Shown one piece after another: positions 59,460 through 64,000 of a stretch of 64,000 bases of DNA. Below the pieces are notes generated by a model, which saw nothing but the letters and a program-made list of their open reading frames with translations, had not been told where the DNA came from and did no database searches. Source of the DNA: Calditrichota bacterium (GTDB taxonomy: Bacteria > Electryoneota > RPQS01); assembly GCA_020637445.1 (NCBI GenBank), contig JACJVZ010000001.1, positions 1,647,947-1,711,946 of the forward strand, read 5' to 3'. Every line of letters begins with the position of its first letter. Within the stretch, counting starts at the first letter, position 1. A program made the position numbers and the translations under genes.

Positions 59460-60731
59460 ATGTCTTCCAATAAGAAAGCCACTCTAACACTTTGGATCCT
59501 CGGTGCGTTGCTGGCCGGGCTGGTGTTCGGAATTGTCGGCCACGCTGTTTTTCCCGAAACAATCAGTCAAGTACTGATCAAGTGGTTGTTCAAACCAGTC
59601 GGCGACATGTTCTTGCGCGCCATAACGATGCTGGTTGTTCCGATTGTGTTCATCTCACTTGTCCACGGATCTGCGACTATCGGCGATCCGAAGAAGCTCG
59701 GTCGAGTGGGATTGCGCGTAATGGCAATTTACTTGGTCACGACGGCTGTCGCGGTGTCCATGGCACTTTTTATCGCGGAAGTCATCATTCGTCCGGGAAC
59801 CGGTATTACTCTGCCGACGGACGCGGCCTTTGCTCCGAAAGAAGCTCCATTTATCATGGACGTCTTCGTGGACATGATACCCAAAAACCCATTTCAGGCA
59901 ATGGTCGACGGGAACATGCTGCAAGTGATCTGTTTCGCTCTACTTCTTGGAGTCGCGCTGGCTCATCTGGGAAAGAAGGGGGAGCCGATGATGAAACTTG
60001 CGGAAATCGGCAATGACGTCATGATGCGCGTCGTGGAAATCGTGATTTGGCTGGCCGTGCCGGGCGTGTTTGCTTTGATTGCGAAAGTGATGCTGGAACA
60101 GGGGCTCGACGTGCTGCTCCCACTCCTTGCATATGTATTGACACTGTCAGGGACGCTTCTGTTGCAGCTCTTTTTGATTTATCCTGCGCTGCTCTATTCG
60201 CTTACAAGATTGTCGCCCGTTCAGTTTTTCAAGAATCACATTCCGGTCATGACGGTCGCGTTTTCGACGTCATCTTCTAACGCAACGCTGCCGGTGTCCA
60301 TCGAAGTTGCCGAGCGGCGGCAAGGAGTGTCGAAAGGAATAGCGAGTTTTGCTTTGCCGTTGGGGGCGACGATCAATATGGACGGTACAGCAATCATGCA
60401 AGGCGTGGCGACGGCGTTTATCGCGCAGGTTTATGGGATCGACTTGACTTTTCAGCAATTGGTGACCGTCGTGGTAACGGCGGCCCTCGCCTCGATTGGC
60501 ACCGCAGGAGTTCCCGGTGTGGGACTGATCACGCTTTCGATGGTGCTGATGTCCGTTAACTTGCCGGTAGAGGGCATCGCCTTAATCATCGGTGTGGACA
60601 GGCTTCTCGACATGCTGCGCACGACGGTAAACGTAACCGGCGACGCCGCAACGGCAGTTGTGATATCGAAAATGGAGAACGAATTGGACGTCGAGACGTT
60701 CCACGCTGAGAACGTCGAGGAAGAAGATTAG
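59460..60731 (+). CDS. Dicarboxylate/amino acid:cation symporter (DAACS / SDF family; GltP/DctA-like).
   Basis: 423 aa, about 8 TM segments. 'SSSNATLPVS', 'GATINMDGTAI', 'VDRLLDMLRTTVNVTGDA' family motifs. Confidence 0.85.
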   Translation: MSSNKKATLTLWILGALLAGLVFGIVGHAVFPETISQVLIKWLFKPVGDMFLRAITMLVVPIVFISLVHGSATIGDPKKLGRVGLRVMAIYLVTTAVAVSMALFIAEVIIRPGTGITLPTDAAFAPKEAPFIMDVFVDMIPKNPFQAMVDGNMLQVICFALLLGVALAHLGKKGEPMMKLAEIGNDVMMRVVEIVIWLAVPGVFALIAKVMLEQGLDVLLPLLAYVLTLSGTLLLQLFLIYPALLYSLTRLSPVQFFKNHIPVMTVAFSTSSSNATLPVSIEVAERRQGVSKGIASFALPLGATINMDGTAIMQGVATAFIAQVYGIDLTFQQLVTVVVTAALASIGTAGVPGVGLITLSMVLMSVNLPVEGIALIIGVDRLLDMLRTTVNVTGDAATAVVISKMENELDVETFHAENVEEED

Positions 60732-60753
60732 TTCCACATTCGATCTTAACACA

Positions 60754-60787
60754 AAGGGCGGCTATTGCCGCCCTTTTATATTTTTCG
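60754..60787. terminator. Rho-independent terminator (aagggcggc-tatt-gccgccctt then ttatatttttcg).
   Basis: 9-bp perfect GC stem with a T-rich tail, between convergent genes (60731 + / 60788 -). Confidence 0.8.
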
Positions 60788-62299
60788 TCACAGTGAATAG
60801 AGTGACGAGAATTTTTCCGTCAAGTAGTCCAGGTAGTCTTTCGTTTGCAGCGGCCTGCCGGTGGCCTTTAGCATCAGGTCATCACGCGAGTATCTCCGGC
60901 CCTGCAGATGGACATTTTCCCTAAGCCAATGCAGAATCTCTTTGAAATTTCCTGCTTCGATTTGAGACTGCATGTTGTGCATGTCTTGGTGCATCTTTTT
61001 CCAAAACTGTCCGGCGGCAATATTGCCGACACTGTAGGACGGGAAGTAACCGAAACTACCACCGCTCCAATGCACGTCCTGCATCACGCCTTCCTTGCCG
61101 TCATTGGGCGGAGTCAGACCCAAGTAGTCGTAGACTTTCTTGTTCCAAACTTTCGGCAAATCGGAAACGGAAATCGATCCGTCGAATAACCCGCGTTCGA
61201 TTTCGAAGCGCAAGATGATATGAAGATCGTACGTCAACTCATCGGCTTCGACTCGAACGAGTGAACGCTCGACGTGGTTGGTGGCGAGCACCCAGTCTTC
61301 GACGGACATTCCCGCGAGTTCTGTTCCGAAGTAGCCCAGCAAAGCCGGATAGAAGTGCTTCCAGAACGGCAAGCCGCGTCCGATATAGTTTTCCCACATC
61401 CGGCTTTGTGATTCGTGAAGTCCATAGCTCAGAGCTTCAGAGAGCGGCGTCCCGTAAGTTTCCGGTGCCACTCCCTGCTCATAGAGTCCGTGTCCCATCT
61501 CGTGGATGATTCCGAAAATCGCCTGCGTCGGCATATTTTCGTCGTAGCGGGTCGTCAAGCGAACATCTCCCAGCCCGCCGGAACAGAACGGGTGGATCGA
61601 CGTGTCGAGCCTGCCTGCTTCTGTATCAAACCCGATCTTGCCGATGAGCAATTCGCCAAAGGCCTTTTGCTTTGCCGCCGCGAATTTGTTCTTCTGGAAA
61701 TCCAGCTTTGCCTTGACTTTTGAGTTTATGACTTTCTCGGAGAGCGGCACGGTAACGGCCTTGACTTCATCGAACAGCTTAGTCAGAGACTCGGCCGTTG
61801 CGCCGGGCTCATACTCTTCGATCAGCGCATTGAGAGGAGTTCCCTTGTAGCCATAGGCTTCGGCAAGTTTCTTCGTGAGTTCGACGAGCTTTTCAAGCTC
61901 GGGCGCGAACATCCCAAAATCGGCTTTTTCCCGTGCGCGGCCCCATATATCGTGAGTCAAGGACTGTTGGCGGGAAAGCTCTTCTACGAGTTCTTGCGGC
62001 ACCTTTGTCGCCCGGTCGTAGTCGCGAGCCATTTCGCGAACGTTAGCCTTTTCAGCGTCCGACAACTCGCCGTTGACATTTTTCAGGTTTTCAAGCAAGT
62101 CACCGATCTTTCGCGAGGTTAGCCGTTCGTGGGCCAAGCCACTGACCATGGCTAATTGGTTGGCTCGTTTTGCGGCGCCTTTGGGCGGCATGTTGACCTG
62201 CATATCCCAGCCTAATACACCCGCGATGCCCGAGAGTGTGGAGTAGCTCTTGAATTCGTTCTCGAGTTCGAGATAGGTTTTTTTGGTGTCCGTGGCCAT
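60788..62299 (-). CDS. M32 family carboxypeptidase (Taq-type thermostable carboxypeptidase 1).
   Basis: 'HEMGHGLYEQG' HEXXH zinc site. 'HESQSRMWEN'. 503 aa. Confidence 0.88.
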   Translation of the reverse strand: MATDTKKTYLELENEFKSYSTLSGIAGVLGWDMQVNMPPKGAAKRANQLAMVSGLAHERLTSRKIGDLLENLKNVNGELSDAEKANVREMARDYDRATKVPQELVEELSRQQSLTHDIWGRAREKADFGMFAPELEKLVELTKKLAEAYGYKGTPLNALIEEYEPGATAESLTKLFDEVKAVTVPLSEKVINSKVKAKLDFQKNKFAAAKQKAFGELLIGKIGFDTEAGRLDTSIHPFCSGGLGDVRLTTRYDENMPTQAIFGIIHEMGHGLYEQGVAPETYGTPLSEALSYGLHESQSRMWENYIGRGLPFWKHFYPALLGYFGTELAGMSVEDWVLATNHVERSLVRVEADELTYDLHIILRFEIERGLFDGSISVSDLPKVWNKKVYDYLGLTPPNDGKEGVMQDVHWSGGSFGYFPSYSVGNIAAGQFWKKMHQDMHNMQSQIEAGNFKEILHWLRENVHLQGRRYSRDDLMLKATGRPLQTKDYLDYLTEKFSSLYSL

Positions 62300-62686
62300 T
62301 GTAATCCTTGTTCAAAGCCGCCTTCCGGCTATGAAATCCGATAAAATACTCTAAACAGCCGTGCCTCTACTATCTATAAGTTTTTGCTGCAAAAACCCAA
62401 CGAGTGAGGATCGGCAAATTTCTATTTGAAGAGCCCGCCCGTTCTGGCAACGTATCAGAAACGCATCAAGCTCTTGTTATTCTTTGCAGAAATGCAAAAA
62501 TAACAAATTTCGTCAAGACTCTCAACCCCCAAGCTGAGCGTCGCCGAGGGTCAATAATAGTCCACTTTGCTAACCACACGCGCACAATCAATTGCGAACT
62601 TACCCAGAATTTCCTTGTCTTCGGGGAATTCTTGTGTTACCTTATGGTGTGTATAAGATTTCGCATATATTCTTCGCAACTCCTTG

Positions 62687-64000
62687 ATGTTTATAAAGCG
62701 CAACCCTCTCCCCCTCCTCCTCATTTTGCTGGTTTCCGGTCCAGCCTGCACATTCGCAGGCATGTCGGGAACGTATGTGGTGGGCTCTGCGGGCGACTAT
62801 CAGAACCTGCGGGAGGTTCTCGACACCCTAAACATCGAGGGCATGGCTGGCGACGTTTATCTCAAGGTAACGGGATCGATTCAGATTGGTCCTTTTGAGA
62901 TTGGAAATATTCCCGGACAGGCAGAAAATTCGCTATTTATTGCGCCCTCCAACATACCGGCCCTGACATTGGTGACGACGGACACGACACAGCCAATCCT
63001 GTCCTTCACCAATGCCGCAAATGTCTATTTGACCGGCGCGATGCTAACCTCCCCTGCTGTTTCCCAACCTGCCATCCGGTTTGCGAACGGTTCACACGAC
63101 ATTACCGTGAAAGCTGGCACATTCAAGGGCCGCGGAACGGGGCGCATCATTGAGATCAACGGTTCGGGCTGCGAGAACATTGTCTTTGAAGAATGTGACC
63201 TTCGCCGCGGCGGAGAAGCTGTTCGGATCGTTAGCCCGGGCCCGTCTGCTCGCGGGAATTCTTTGGTGCACTGCGTGATAGACAGCGTTTCACAGGGAAT
63301 CTACTTGAGCCGTCAGACGAATTGCAGCATCGAGTATTGCACAATTTCACCCAATGCGGGTGCAGCCGCAACGTGTACGGCGGTGTCAATCGCAACACAG
63401 GCCGAAACGGATAGCGTTTTTCTGGACGGCAATACCATCAGCGGCGTCGCTGCCGGCAGCGGATATGCGGTAGCAATCCGGCACAATCCCCTCAATTCGA
63501 CGTCCTATTTGCGTGCAGCGAACAACTTCATCTACGGATTTCTGAATACAGGTTCATCTCAAGTTCGCGCGATCTATCTTTCCGGCGGTGAAAACCGAAT
63601 CGTCAACAACAGCATCTTGGTCAACGACGTCAATGCAACAGGAACTACCTACGCTGTTTACAACGCTCTTTTGACGCCCGAGTCGGGACTTTCTCTTCAG
63701 AACAACATTCTTGTCAATCTCGAATCAACTCGTCCGGCGTACAACATTTTCAATTTAACGGCGGCAGCGGCGCTTGAATCGAACAACAATTTGTTCTACG
63801 GAACGGGAGCTGCATACAAACTGGGCTGGCTAATCGAACCGTTCGTGACTTTGGGGGCATGGAAATCAGGCACGAGCCTCGACGGGGCAAGCAAAGAAGG
63901 TGATCCACAGTTTGTGTCAACGACCGATCTCCATTTGCAAGAGACTACTGAGCTTGCTCATCAAAACGGCGCAGTCGCACTGGACGTGCCAAAAGACCAC
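62687..64000 (+). CDS. Secreted right-handed beta-helix (PbH1 / pectin-lyase-fold) repeat protein. The 3' end lies outside the window.
   Basis: The ATG at 62687 follows an in-frame TAA at 62654-62656. Signal peptide 'MFIKRNPLPLLLILLVSGPACTFAG'. Frame stays open to position 64000. Repeated 'NNSILVND...NNILVNL...NNNLFYG' rungs. Confidence 0.65.
   Translation, partial: MFIKRNPLPLLLILLVSGPACTFAGMSGTYVVGSAGDYQNLREVLDTLNIEGMAGDVYLKVTGSIQIGPFEIGNIPGQAENSLFIAPSNIPALTLVTTDTTQPILSFTNAANVYLTGAMLTSPAVSQPAIRFANGSHDITVKAGTFKGRGTGRIIEINGSGCENIVFEECDLRRGGEAVRIVSPGPSARGNSLVHCVIDSVSQGIYLSRQTNCSIEYCTISPNAGAAATCTAVSIATQAETDSVFLDGNTISGVAAGSGYAVAIRHNPLNSTSYLRAANNFIYGFLNTGSSQVRAIYLSGGENRIVNNSILVNDVNATGTTYAVYNALLTPESGLSLQNNILVNLESTRPAYNIFNLTAAAALESNNNLFYGTGAAYKLGWLIEPFVTLGAWKSGTSLDGASKEGDPQFVSTTDLHLQETTELAHQNGAVALDVPKDH

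Noticed and set aside
62404-62898. 164-aa plus-strand ORF in the intergenic region.
   Set aside because: It is in a different frame from, and overlaps, the well-supported beta-helix protein gene that starts at 62687 (signal peptide, long open frame to the window end).
1-64000. Searched by eye for CRISPR arrays, IS elements or transposases, integrases, rRNA/tRNA genes, and B12 or TPP riboswitch boxes.
   Set aside because: There are no short regularly spaced direct repeats. No translation shows DDE, transposase or integrase motifs. There is no 'GCCACTG' B12 box upstream of cobO and no 'CTGAGA' TPP motif. The window appears to be core chromosome.

Overview
The window is a 64-kb chromosomal segment with about 57% GC. 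It most likely comes from a Gram-negative bacterium of the Fibrobacteres-Chlorobi-Bacteroidetes (FCB) group that has a type IX secretion system (T9SS). Two proteins end in clear T9SS C-terminal sorting domains ('NYPNPFNPTT...'). Many genes carry lipoprotein or Sec signal peptides, and TTG/GTG starts are frequent. It is mostly core chromosome, densely packed with genes on both strands. The recognisable blocks are: uvrA-M28 peptidase-nadA-aspartase-TauE; an outer membrane protein-cobO-ftsH operon; proS; lpd-trxB; a seven-step shikimate operon (DAHP synthase-aroA-aroE-aroC-aroK-aroB/aroQ fusion); tkt-rpiB-tal; hisC; deoC; a DAACS symporter; and an M32 carboxypeptidase. Accessory or surface content includes tandem paralogous HEXXH (M36/M4-like) metalloproteases carrying a repeated Cys-rich ~125-aa module, an 8.4-kb gene for a 2801-aa T9SS-secreted FN3/FG-GAP adhesin, a TonB-dependent receptor/lipoprotein/BNR-propeller T9SS-cargo cluster, two right-handed beta-helix proteins, and an Hpt plus response-regulator pair with a Cys-rich C-terminal module. 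I found no CRISPR array, transposase, integrase, tRNA or rRNA. The observations that most deserve a second look are a chemotaxis CheW gene whose CheW fold is interrupted by a complete CZB zinc-binding domain and also by an in-frame TGA; the Cys-rich repeat metalloprotease paralogs; and the TonB-dependent receptor-lipoprotein-BNR cargo cluster. ORF-track coordinates include the stop codon. Several ORF starts listed as M are actually TTG or GTG. All functional calls come from motifs I recognise in the translations. No database search was run.
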